NCBI GenBank assembly: GCA_032250835.1
Contig: JAVVEA010000003.1
Span: 194,265 to 258,264 of the forward strand
Origin: a bacterium
GTDB taxonomy: Bacteria; SAR324; XYD2-FULL-50-16
Length of the DNA stretch: 64,000 bases
Direction: 5' to 3'
The notes under the pieces were generated by a model. It had not been told where the DNA came from and made no database searches. It saw nothing but the letters and a program-made list of their open reading frames with translations. Each line of letters starts with the position of its first letter. Position 1 is the first letter of the stretch. The translations under genes were made by a program, and so were the position numbers. Of this stretch, positions 38,759-47,656 are shown piece after piece.

Positions 38759-38977
38759 TTAGCGCAGCGTTTGGAGGATCGCCTCGATCTGGTCGCGGCC
38801 TTCTAGTTTATCTTTTTTGAGGCGGTGCAGCCGGATTTCGTCGTCGTCGCTTAGCCCTTTGGTCTTTTCCATCGACTCCACCTCGGCTTCTAAGGCGTCG
38901 TGCTCTTTCATTAGGCGGTCTAAGTCGTAATTGCTTTTGCGGTGCTGGCTGATCAGTTCTTTATCTTTTGCTTCCAT
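38759..38977 (-). CDS. YdcH/DUF465 family coiled-coil protein
   Basis: L..EH..LE…LKKDKL..RDQI pattern; GGAGG SD. Confidence 0.8.
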   Translation of the reverse strand: MEAKDKELISQHRKSNYDLDRLMKEHDALEAEVESMEKTKGLSDDDEIRLHRLKKDKLEGRDQIEAILQTLR

Positions 38978-38986
38978 AGGTCCTCC

Positions 38987-40714
38987 TTAGTTGATGTGAG
39001 CAATCTGTTCGGTGATGTCGCGAACGTAGCGTTCCTTTTGGGCGTCTAGCCCCTGGGCGTCCTTGCCGGTCAGGTTAAAATAAAACTTCACCTTCGGTTC
39101 GGTCCCCGAAGGCCGCAGGGTGATGCGGCTGCCGTCGGCGAGCAGAAAGGCCAATACGTTGGACTTAGGCAGGTCTAACTGGCCCTTGGTTTTTCCCTGC
39201 GCATCCAAGACCACTTGATTTTGGTAGTCCCGGATTTCGTTTAACGCCACCCCGCCGATCTCTTGGGGGGGCTGTTTCCTAAAGTGTAGCAAGATTTTTT
39301 GGATTTGCTCAGCCCCTTCTTTGCCTTTATAGGTCTGGGTCAATAATTCGTCGCTATGGTAGCCGAACTGTTGGTGCAACTCGTCCAGCCGCACCATCAC
39401 GGTCTTGCCTTGGGCCTTGAGGGTGGCGGCCATTTCGGCGAAGATCATGCAAGCGCTGACCGCGTCTTTGTCGCGGACAAAGTCGCCGAATAGATAGCCA
39501 TGGCTTTCTTCGGTACCAAAGACATAGGTCTCACCGGGCTGAGTCTCTAACTCCGCCATCACGGCGCCAATATACTTAAAGCCCGTCAAGACCTCATGGG
39601 TCTTTAAGCCCTTGGCTTGGGCGATTTTCGCGCCTAAGGTGCTGGTGACGATGGTGGTGATGTAGTGCCCGCTTTGGGGCAATTTGCCTGCCGTGACCAG
39701 CGCCTCTAAATAAAAATCCAGCAGCAATTGACCGATTTGATTTCCGTTGAGCCGTAGCCACTCGCCATTCTGGCGGACCATCGCGCCGATCCGGTCGGCG
39801 TCGGGGTCGGTAGCTAAGATCAATTGATCTTCGGGTCCGGCGGTTTTGACCGCCTCTTCCATGGCCGCCCCTTCTTCGGGGTTCGGGTAGGCCACGGTGG
39901 GGAACTCACCGTCGGGCAGTTCTTGGCTGGGTACTACGGTGACCCGCTCGAATCCGGCTCGCTTGAGCGCCTCACGCACCGGCAGGTTGCCTGCCCCGTG
40001 CAGCGGTGTATAGACCACCCCAAAGTCTTTATAGTCCTTCACATCGCCTAAAGACAATTCCATCACCCGGCGGTAATAGGCCTCGTCTACCCCTTCACCG
40101 ATGATCTCGATTTTTCCTTCTTTGACGGCCTGATCAAAGTCCAGGGTCTTTAAGGAGGACCAATCGGTGATTCCGTTGACCCGGTCGATGATCCCTTGAT
40201 CATGCGGGGCGGTGACCTGACAGCCATCGTCCCAACTGACTTTATAGCCGTTGTATTCGGGCGGGTTGTGGCTGGCGGTGACCACGATTCCGGCGGTGGC
40301 CTTAAGGTGGCGTACCGCAAAGGAGAGCATGGGGGTCGGGCGTAGGCTGTCGAAGAGATAGACCTTAATCCCGTTGGCCGCCAAGACGCTGGCCGATTCG
40401 CGCGAAAACTGATCGGACATACGGCGGCAGTCGTAAGCGATCACCACCGAAGCGTTGCGGATGCCTGCTTGGGCCAGATAGTCCGCCAATCCTTGGTTGG
40501 CACGGCGTACGGTATAAATGTTCATCCGGTTGCTGCCCGCCCCTAAGATACCCCGCAAACCGCCGGTACCAAATTCTAGGTCCTTATAAAAGCGGTCGGT
40601 CAGTTCTTTTTCGTCACCCGCATCGATCAGGGCCTTGATCTCGGCCTTGAAGGCGGCGTCAAAGGCGGGCTCGTTCGCCCAAGCCTGGGCGGTTTGGAGA
40701 ATTTGGGGGTCCAT
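38987..40714 (-). CDS. Phosphoglucomutase/phosphomannomutase
   Basis: FGTGGLRG, TASHNP, DPDADR, EESHG, RPSGTEPK; start refined to ATG 40714. Confidence 0.95.
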   Translation of the reverse strand: MDPQILQTAQAWANEPAFDAAFKAEIKALIDAGDEKELTDRFYKDLEFGTGGLRGILGAGSNRMNIYTVRRANQGLADYLAQAGIRNASVVIAYDCRRMSDQFSRESASVLAANGIKVYLFDSLRPTPMLSFAVRHLKATAGIVVTASHNPPEYNGYKVSWDDGCQVTAPHDQGIIDRVNGITDWSSLKTLDFDQAVKEGKIEIIGEGVDEAYYRRVMELSLGDVKDYKDFGVVYTPLHGAGNLPVREALKRAGFERVTVVPSQELPDGEFPTVAYPNPEEGAAMEEAVKTAGPEDQLILATDPDADRIGAMVRQNGEWLRLNGNQIGQLLLDFYLEALVTAGKLPQSGHYITTIVTSTLGAKIAQAKGLKTHEVLTGFKYIGAVMAELETQPGETYVFGTEESHGYLFGDFVRDKDAVSACMIFAEMAATLKAQGKTVMVRLDELHQQFGYHSDELLTQTYKGKEGAEQIQKILLHFRKQPPQEIGGVALNEIRDYQNQVVLDAQGKTKGQLDLPKSNVLAFLLADGSRITLRPSGTEPKVKFYFNLTGKDAQGLDAQKERYVRDITEQIAHIN

Positions 40715-40721
40715 GGGTCTC

Positions 40722-41171
40722 CTAGGATTCAGAGGTGTTTTGGGTAAAGTCTTGGGCCACTTTTTGGGCCGAGGCAAAGGCCTCGGGGCGCACTAAAATC
40801 TCCATCGGCAGCCCACCTAAGTTCGGCAGCAAGGCCGAACTGTGGCGGTTGGCCACCTGGGTTTCGATGCCCTTTGAATCAAGCAGACTGGTCAAAAGCC
40901 CCACCTCGGCAAAGTCGTTGCTGCGGAATAGGGTCACCCAATTGGGCTGGGGTTTGGTCTTTTTTTCCTTATCTGCTCGGTATTGGTGCAGGTCCACCAC
41001 CTTATCGGAACTGCGGTGGAGTTGCTGTCGGCGGTTGTCTTGCAGGCGGACCACCAAGGCCCAAGCACCCAGGTATTCCAAGGCGGCGATCCAACCGGGG
41101 AGGTCGGGTCCATAGAGCAGCAACAAAATATGAAGCGCCCAACTGATCAATAGCGCCCAGAGCAAATGCAT
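40722..41171 (-). CDS. Membrane-anchored DUF2007-like (putative signal-transducing) protein
   Basis: Two N-terminal TM; C-domain …LLDSKGIET…EILVRPE. Confidence 0.65.
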   Translation of the reverse strand: MHLLWALLISWALHILLLLYGPDLPGWIAALEYLGAWALVVRLQDNRRQQLHRSSDKVVDLHQYRADKEKKTKPQPNWVTLFRSNDFAEVGLLTSLLDSKGIETQVANRHSSALLPNLGGLPMEILVRPEAFASAQKVAQDFTQNTSES

Positions 41172-41174
41172 CGG

Positions 41175-43055
41175 TTATAGCTTTGCGTAAAATTCTTTGA
41201 TGGAAGCCACCATGGATTCCAAATCCAAACCTGCCTCGGCCAGTTGTTCGTCTCTGGTCGCATGTTCATAAAACTGATCGGCTAGACCCAGGTTTAAGCA
41301 GGGCTTATAGACCCCACGCCGGGCCAACATCTCCATCACCCCGGCCCCGAAGCCCCCGGCGATGGCGTTTTCTTCTATCGTGACTATCCCTTTGGCCGGG
41401 GCTAATTGGGCTAAAATCAATGCTTCGTCTAAGGGTTTGACGAACCGGGCGTTGATCAACCCTGCCTTGATTCCAGCGGTCTCTAAAGCCGCCAGGACCT
41501 GCTGGCAGGGCGCTACCATCGATCCAGCGGCCACCAAGAGCAGGTCCGTCCCCGCTTGGATCAACTCACCTTTGCCCCAATCGAGCAAAGGGGCCTCGCT
41601 GGGGTTTTCGTAAAAGTCGCTGCTGTTCGCCCGGGGGAAGCGCAATGCCGAGGGCCCTTGGTCGTATTGGTGCAACATGCGCATCATCGATTGCAGCTCT
41701 TTGCCGTCTTTGGGGGCTAAAATCGCCATGCCCGGAATCATCCGCAGATAACTCAGGTCCAAGACCCCGTGGTGGGTCGCCCCATCAGCCCCGACAAACC
41801 CGGCACGGTCTAGGATAAACCGAACGGGTAGGCCTTGCAAGGCAACGTCATGGGCAATATGGTCCACCGCCCGTTGCAAGAAGGTCGAATAGACCACCAC
41901 AAAGGGCTTGATTCCCTGAGCAGCCAAACCTCCCGCAAAGGTAACGGCGTGCCCTTCGGCAATGCCCACGTCAAAGATGCGTTTTTCAAATTTTTTCTGG
42001 ATCCGGGCGAGCCCCGTATTGCCCAGCATAGCTGCCGAGATGGCCACCACCTCGGGGTCCTGGTCCATCAACTGCTCGATGGCTTCGCTGAATAGGTTGG
42101 TGTTGCTTTTGCCCAGTTCGGTCTTCGTGATGGGCTTGCCGGTGATCGGCTCGAAGGCTCCTACACCGTGGTAGCTCAGCGCGTCGCCCTCGGCGGGTTG
42201 GTATCCCTTACCTTTTTGGGTGGCTACGTGGATCAAGATCGGCCCCTTGATGTTCTTGGTTACCTTCAAGGTACTGACCAAGTCACCGATGTTGTGGCCG
42301 TCTACCTGACCAAAGTAGCGGAAGTTGAGGTTCTCGAACCAGACGCCATGGGTAAAGAAGGCCATGAAGCTGTCGTTGATCCGCTTAAAGGTCTGGTGGA
42401 TCGCCTTGGGCAAGAAACCGTCGTCCGAATGTTTGGTGATCTCGTTGCGGATCAGGTTAAAGGATTTACTGGCCGAAATGTTGATGATCGTCTTGGACAG
42501 GGCCCCGACCACCGGGTCGATGGACATTTCGTTGTCGTTTAAAATGACGATCAGGTTTTCGTCCAAATGCCCCGCATGGTTCAAGGCCTCAAAGGCCAAA
42601 CCGCCGGTCATCGCCCCATCCCCGATGACCGCGATGCAGTTGTGGTTTTGACCCTTTAGGTCGCGGGCTACTGCAAAGCCCAAACTGGCCGAGATGGAGG
42701 TGCTGGCGTGCCCGGCCCCGAAGTGGTCGTAGGGGCTTTCATCGCGGTTTAAGAACTTGGAGATGCCGCCCTTCTGGCCCAACTCTTCTAAGCGGTCCTT
42801 GCGGCCCGTTAGCAGTTTGTAGGTATAGCCCTGGTGCCCGACATCGAAAACCACTGGGTCCACGGCGAAGTCAAAGACCTTGGCCAAGGCGATGGTCAAT
42901 TCGACTGCGCCGAGCGAAGAAGCCAAATGGCCGCCCGTGCGGCTGACTACGTCGATGATGTGGGCCCGGCACTCTTCGGCCAGCGTTTCTAACTTAGAGA
43001 TCGAAAAGGATTGGATCGATTTCGGATCGGATATTTGGTCCAGCAGCTGGGTCAT
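41175..43055 (-). CDS. dxs: 1-deoxy-D-xylulose-5-phosphate synthase
   Basis: GGHLASSLG, DVGHQ, GHASTSIS, GDGAMTGG…NDN, DVGIAE, GADGATH. Confidence 0.98.
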   Translation of the reverse strand: MTQLLDQISDPKSIQSFSISKLETLAEECRAHIIDVVSRTGGHLASSLGAVELTIALAKVFDFAVDPVVFDVGHQGYTYKLLTGRKDRLEELGQKGGISKFLNRDESPYDHFGAGHASTSISASLGFAVARDLKGQNHNCIAVIGDGAMTGGLAFEALNHAGHLDENLIVILNDNEMSIDPVVGALSKTIINISASKSFNLIRNEITKHSDDGFLPKAIHQTFKRINDSFMAFFTHGVWFENLNFRYFGQVDGHNIGDLVSTLKVTKNIKGPILIHVATQKGKGYQPAEGDALSYHGVGAFEPITGKPITKTELGKSNTNLFSEAIEQLMDQDPEVVAISAAMLGNTGLARIQKKFEKRIFDVGIAEGHAVTFAGGLAAQGIKPFVVVYSTFLQRAVDHIAHDVALQGLPVRFILDRAGFVGADGATHHGVLDLSYLRMIPGMAILAPKDGKELQSMMRMLHQYDQGPSALRFPRANSSDFYENPSEAPLLDWGKGELIQAGTDLLLVAAGSMVAPCQQVLAALETAGIKAGLINARFVKPLDEALILAQLAPAKGIVTIEENAIAGGFGAGVMEMLARRGVYKPCLNLGLADQFYEHATRDEQLAEAGLDLESMVASIKEFYAKL

Positions 43056-43711
43056 GTAGGGGTATCTGCTTTTTTGATCATGAGGGCCGCCGCGTCGCGT
43101 ACCAGCGGGCTGGGGTCGTGCTTGCTCAATTGTTCGAGTCGTTCCAACGGTGGCAGCGGACCGATTTTGTCATACAAGCGCAGGCAGTTCAACCGAATCA
43201 TGGGATCTTTATGGTTTATTAGGGCTTTAATCTGCTTGCTCCACTTCGGCTGGTCGCAGGCGAGAAAATATTTTAACGCCGAAAGCAGGATATGCTCTTG
43301 TAAAAAGGATTCTTCAAAAAGCCCTTCAAAGCCCTTGATGGCGGGCTTTTTGACAAAACGAGCCCACCAAGTGGGTGGCTTGAGGCGTTTGAGCACCACC
43401 GAGGTGAAGTCCGAGCTACCATAGACCGCAAAGGCCTCTAACAGTTCTTGCAGCAAGATCGGATCGTGGCTACGCTCGAACAGGGCCTTTAGCGGCCCAC
43501 GGGCGGCATCGCTCTTAAAGCGGGCCAAAGCGCCGATGGCGTGGTTGCGTACCACCGCCTCTTCGCTGGACAGAAGGTCTAAAAAATCGGCCTCCTTTAA
43601 TTCGCCCATCTCTTCAAAGCGGATTAGGGCATCATGCGCGCTGCGCCGGGCCGCCGGATCGGTCCCGTTGGCAAGCTGGTCTAAGGCCAGGAGGTGCTGT
43701 TCTTTGAGCAT
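43052..43711 (-). CDS. HEAT-repeat protein
   Basis: Repeated D/E..VR..A..AL helices; overlaps dxs start. Confidence 0.7.
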   Translation of the reverse strand: MLKEQHLLALDQLANGTDPAARRSAHDALIRFEEMGELKEADFLDLLSSEEAVVRNHAIGALARFKSDAARGPLKALFERSHDPILLQELLEAFAVYGSSDFTSVVLKRLKPPTWWARFVKKPAIKGFEGLFEESFLQEHILLSALKYFLACDQPKWSKQIKALINHKDPMIRLNCLRLYDKIGPLPPLERLEQLSKHDPSPLVRDAAALMIKKADTPT

Positions 43712-43809
43712 TCAGTCCCTGTGAATTGACAACTGGGGGTCGAAGTCCTTAAATAGTAGACCTAAGAACCCATTCGTTCAAGTATCTTCAACTCCGCTCC
43801 GGTTCGGCC

Positions 43810-44355
43810 ATGTCCACGCTGGTGACTCTCTCGGCGGTGACCAACGATTCGATCCTCGTCTTTCGGGAACAGGATTATTATTTTGGCATCAGCCCGGCTG
43901 ACTTTGGCCCACCTTTTATGCTCGACCAACTTGAAATCGCCCCGACCAACGTGAGCGAGGCGATTTGGTACTACCGTGACAAAGAACCTTTGAGCGAAGA
44001 AGAGGCCGAGGGCATCTTCTTGCACCTCGGGGCGCTTTTTGGTTTGCGGCCCATTGGCTTCGGCTTTCAGGGGATGATCTTCTTAAATGAGCTGGCTCCG
44101 GGGCTGCGCCTCGGCCTCTTTTTAGACAACCTCACCTTCCGCGTGCCCATCTGGGAGGTTCCCAAACGTCTGATAGAGGTCACTTCGAGCGTCAAACTAC
44201 CGCCCGAATTGCCGCCTAGAGCGATCCGGCAGGTGATTAGCTACAACCGAAAGCAGGTCTTATTGATTGATCCGGTACGCCTCTCGGAGGTTTATCAACT
44301 AATCGCCCCCGAACGCATCCGCAATCTGTTGAAGGCTTACCACCAAGAACTTTAG
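43810..44355 (+). CDS. Hypothetical protein, possibly degenerate CheW-like
   Basis: ILVF…YFGI N-terminus and VI.YN.K.VLLIDP.RL C-terminus resemble CheW termini. Confidence 0.45.
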   Translation: MSTLVTLSAVTNDSILVFREQDYYFGISPADFGPPFMLDQLEIAPTNVSEAIWYYRDKEPLSEEEAEGIFLHLGALFGLRPIGFGFQGMIFLNELAPGLRLGLFLDNLTFRVPIWEVPKRLIEVTSSVKLPPELPPRAIRQVISYNRKQVLLIDPVRLSEVYQLIAPERIRNLLKAYHQEL

Positions 44356-45017
44356 TCGGCCTGCAACCGCGCTTCGATAGCGGCTAGGACTTGGGGCCGG
44401 TCCAAGCGGCTGGTGTCAATCCGGTGCGCGTCGGGCGGGCAGACCAGTGGGGCTAAATCGCGGGTCATGTCTGAATGGTCGCGGTCGTTGATCTCTTTGA
44501 CTAAAGCCTCAAAGGTGGGGCCGCTGGTGGGCTGTCCCAACTCCAAGGCTCGGCGTTCGGCACGGATTTTTGGGTCCGCGTCTAAATAAAATTTGTTTTT
44601 ACTTTCAGGGAAAACCAAGGTACCAATATCGCGTCCGTCGACGACCACCGAATAAGCCTGGGCCAGTTCACGCATGCTGGCATTGACGTAGTCTCGGCAG
44701 GGCCCAAAGCCCGCCACATAGCGGATTTGGCGGGTTAATTCCGGGTCCCGGATGGCTTGGGTAACCTCTTCGCCATTTAAACGAACCACTTGGGCATGGG
44801 CCTCAAAGGACACTTGAAGGGCCTGGGGCGCTTGGGCAAAGTATTGCGCTATCTGGGCCTCATGGCCCTGGGCTTGGCCAAATTGGCGGATGCCGTAGAG
44901 CGTCAGGGTCCGGTACATCGCGCCTGAGTCGATGTATTCGATGCCTAAACGCTGGGCCAGCATCCGGGCGATGGTGCTTTTGCCCGAACCGGCGGGACCG
45001 TCGAGAGTGATGATCAT
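44352..45017 (-). CDS. cmk: Cytidylate kinase
   Basis: DGPAGSGKST, DSGAMYR, DGRDIGT, RDHSDMTR. Confidence 0.96.
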   Translation of the reverse strand: MIITLDGPAGSGKSTIARMLAQRLGIEYIDSGAMYRTLTLYGIRQFGQAQGHEAQIAQYFAQAPQALQVSFEAHAQVVRLNGEEVTQAIRDPELTRQIRYVAGFGPCRDYVNASMRELAQAYSVVVDGRDIGTLVFPESKNKFYLDADPKIRAERRALELGQPTSGPTFEALVKEINDRDHSDMTRDLAPLVCPPDAHRIDTSRLDRPQVLAAIEARLQAD

Positions 45018-45095
45018 AAGCTAGCTTTAAATAAGGGTGTTTTGCCGCCCCGCATTTTTTTTGGCTTGAACTTTGTGACCTAAAGGCCCCTAGCC

Positions 45096-46223
45096 ATGCC
45101 CGATATGCCCTTTGTGGGATACCGAAAGATCTTGCACGTCGATATGGACGCTTTTTATGCATCCGTCGAGGTCAAGGACCGGCCCGAACTTAAGGGCAAA
45201 CCGGTAATCGTCGGCGGGACGGGCAGCCGTGCGGTGGTCGCCGCAGCTTCTTATGAGGCGCGCCAAAGCGGCGTGCATTCGGCCATGAGTATCGCCAGGG
45301 CCAAAAGGCTTTGCCCGCAAGGCATATATTTGCCACCCCGCTTTGAAAGATACAAGGAAATTTCGGCTCAGTTGAGGGCCATCTTCGACCGCTATACGGA
45401 CTTGATCGAGCCCTTGGCCCTTGACGAGGCCTGGCTGGACGTAACCGCCAACAAACAAAACATCCCCTCGGCCACCTGGGTGGCGACCCATATCAAGTGG
45501 GACATCGAAAACCAACTGGGCCTCACCAGTTCGGCGGGGGTGAGCTACAATAAATTCCTCGCCAAGATCGCCTCGGGCATCGACAAACCCAACGGGCTCT
45601 ACATCATCACCCCCAAAGATGCCCCCGGTTTTTTAGAGGCCATCCAATTGAGCCGACTGCCCGGCGTGGGGCGTGTGATGTCTGCCAAGCTCAAGGAAAA
45701 GGGGTTAGAATATGGCTACCAACTACTTGAGTGGAATCGTGAAGATCTTCGGGCTCAGTTTGGCAAATTCGGCAGCCAGCTCTTCGACCTGATCCGGGGG
45801 GTTGATGACCGCCCGGTCAACAACCACCGCGAACGTAAATCGGTGGGAATCGAGCGAACCTTTGGGGTGGACGTGGGCTTCGGTCCTGCCTTGGACCGGG
45901 CCTTAGACGGGCTGCTGCGTGGCCTGTTCGAGCGGGTTAAAAAACAAGGGGCTAAGGGGCGGACCTTGACGCTAAAGGCCAAATTTGCGGACTTTAAACA
46001 GGTGACCCGTAGCGCTAGTCAGTCCAAACCCTTGAGCCAGGCCAAAATGCGCCAGCTAGCTCAAGAAAAGTTGGCCCAACTAGCAGCCCAATACCCTAAA
46101 GACCACCTACGGCTATTGGGGCTGAGTCTGTCGGGCTTTGAGGGGGAACCCAAAACCTCCCCGAATGAACAATTGTATTTACTCGACCAATTCCGCGAAA
46201 CCTCCAACAGCGAAGCCGATTGA
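45096..46223 (+). CDS. dinB: DNA polymerase IV
   Basis: HVDMDAFYASVE, ASYEAR, LDEAWLD, NKFLAKIAS…KPNG. Confidence 0.96.
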   Translation: MPDMPFVGYRKILHVDMDAFYASVEVKDRPELKGKPVIVGGTGSRAVVAAASYEARQSGVHSAMSIARAKRLCPQGIYLPPRFERYKEISAQLRAIFDRYTDLIEPLALDEAWLDVTANKQNIPSATWVATHIKWDIENQLGLTSSAGVSYNKFLAKIASGIDKPNGLYIITPKDAPGFLEAIQLSRLPGVGRVMSAKLKEKGLEYGYQLLEWNREDLRAQFGKFGSQLFDLIRGVDDRPVNNHRERKSVGIERTFGVDVGFGPALDRALDGLLRGLFERVKKQGAKGRTLTLKAKFADFKQVTRSASQSKPLSQAKMRQLAQEKLAQLAAQYPKDHLRLLGLSLSGFEGEPKTSPNEQLYLLDQFRETSNSEAD

Positions 46224-47656
46224 TGATCCCTTTAACCCCCCAAGTGGCCGCACAGATTACCGGAGGCCGCTGGTTAAGAGTCCCCAAAGATTTTGAGCAA
46301 CCCTTGGTTGGCGCCGCCTTCGACAGCCGTCGGATTGGTTCAGAACAAATCTTTTTTGCGCTGAATCAAGGGGGGGTGGACGGCAGTCGTTTTATCGACC
46401 AGCTACCGCCGACCCAAATTGAACTGGCGGTGGTGCAACAGGAGGTTCCTGCGCCCGAAGGTTTGGCGGTCTTATGGGTGCCCGACAGCCTCAAGGCACT
46501 GCACCAACTGGCTCGATGGCGGGCTGAACATTTTGGAGGTAAGATCCTCTCGCTGACCGGCTCTAGCGGCAAGACGACCACCAAAACTTGGCTGCGCCAT
46601 TGCCTAGAGCCTCATCTGGCGGTTCAGTCGAACCCCGGCAGTTTCAATAACCATATCGGCTGTCCGGTCACGGTCTTGAGCCTTAAGCCTGAGACGGAGT
46701 TGCTGATTCTGGAGATGGGCACCTCGGGGGTCGGCGAGTTGGAGTTGTTGTGCGGCATCGCCCCGGCGGACGTGACCTTGCTGCTCAATGTGGGCCATGC
46801 CCATTTGGGCAAGTTCGGCAGCGCCGAAGCCCTCTTGGAAGCTAAATTGGAAATATTTAAACACCAACGCCTCGGCGGGCAGGCCATCGTCCCCGGCTGG
46901 GACCAGCGGATACAGGGCAGGCTCCCGAGCGGAGCCTGGACCTTTGGGCCCGGTTCGCCGCGCTTTGCCCGGCGCTTGGAGGCGGTAGGGCCCTTGGGTC
47001 AGCGTTTTGAATTGAGCGGGCCTTCGGGCTCGGTCCAGGTCGAGGTGCCCCACCCCGGAGACTATGTGGGGGACTTGTTGGCGGCAGTTTATGCGGTATT
47101 TGAGGCCCTGGAGCTGCCGGTGGAAACGCTGGCCGATTGCTGTTCCAGCCTGCCCCAAGAACGGGGCCGTAGCACGCTGGTCTGTGGGGCGCTGGGCGAA
47201 CAACTGCTGGACGATAGCTACAACGCCAACCCCGAATCAGTGGTCAACATGTTGCAAACCCTAACGAGCCTAAAAGCGGATCGGTATATTGGGGTCGTGG
47301 GGAATCTGGCGGAGATGGACGAGGGCTTACAACAGAGCGGTGAGGTGATCTTGCGGGGCCTGCCTCCTAAATTGACCCACTTGTTTTTAGGCGGCCAATC
47401 GGGCCAAGACTTAGCCCCCGCGATCCGCCAAGCCCGCCCGGACCTGGAATTACATCTCTTTGAGCAGCCCTTGGAGCTGTTGCCTCTATTGGCACCGTTA
47501 CGTGGCCCCGGTGCCGTGATCGGCATTAAGGGTTCGCGCAGCGCCCATATGGAACGACTTACCTGGGCCCTGAGTGGTCAAGACGCTGCCTGCCCCTTGC
47601 CTCGCTGCGGCCTGCTGCTCAACTGCGCCGACTGCCCCCAACTCAACGCCCATTAG
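46220..47656 (+). CDS. murF: UDP-MurNAc-tripeptide D-Ala-D-Ala ligase with C-terminal Cys-rich tail
   Basis: DSR, TGSSGKTTTK, FNNHIG, EMG, DDSYNANP, KGSR. Confidence 0.88.
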   Translation: MMIPLTPQVAAQITGGRWLRVPKDFEQPLVGAAFDSRRIGSEQIFFALNQGGVDGSRFIDQLPPTQIELAVVQQEVPAPEGLAVLWVPDSLKALHQLARWRAEHFGGKILSLTGSSGKTTTKTWLRHCLEPHLAVQSNPGSFNNHIGCPVTVLSLKPETELLILEMGTSGVGELELLCGIAPADVTLLLNVGHAHLGKFGSAEALLEAKLEIFKHQRLGGQAIVPGWDQRIQGRLPSGAWTFGPGSPRFARRLEAVGPLGQRFELSGPSGSVQVEVPHPGDYVGDLLAAVYAVFEALELPVETLADCCSSLPQERGRSTLVCGALGEQLLDDSYNANPESVVNMLQTLTSLKADRYIGVVGNLAEMDEGLQQSGEVILRGLPPKLTHLFLGGQSGQDLAPAIRQARPDLELHLFEQPLELLPLLAPLRGPGAVIGIKGSRSAHMERLTWALSGQDAACPLPRCGLLLNCADCPQLNAH

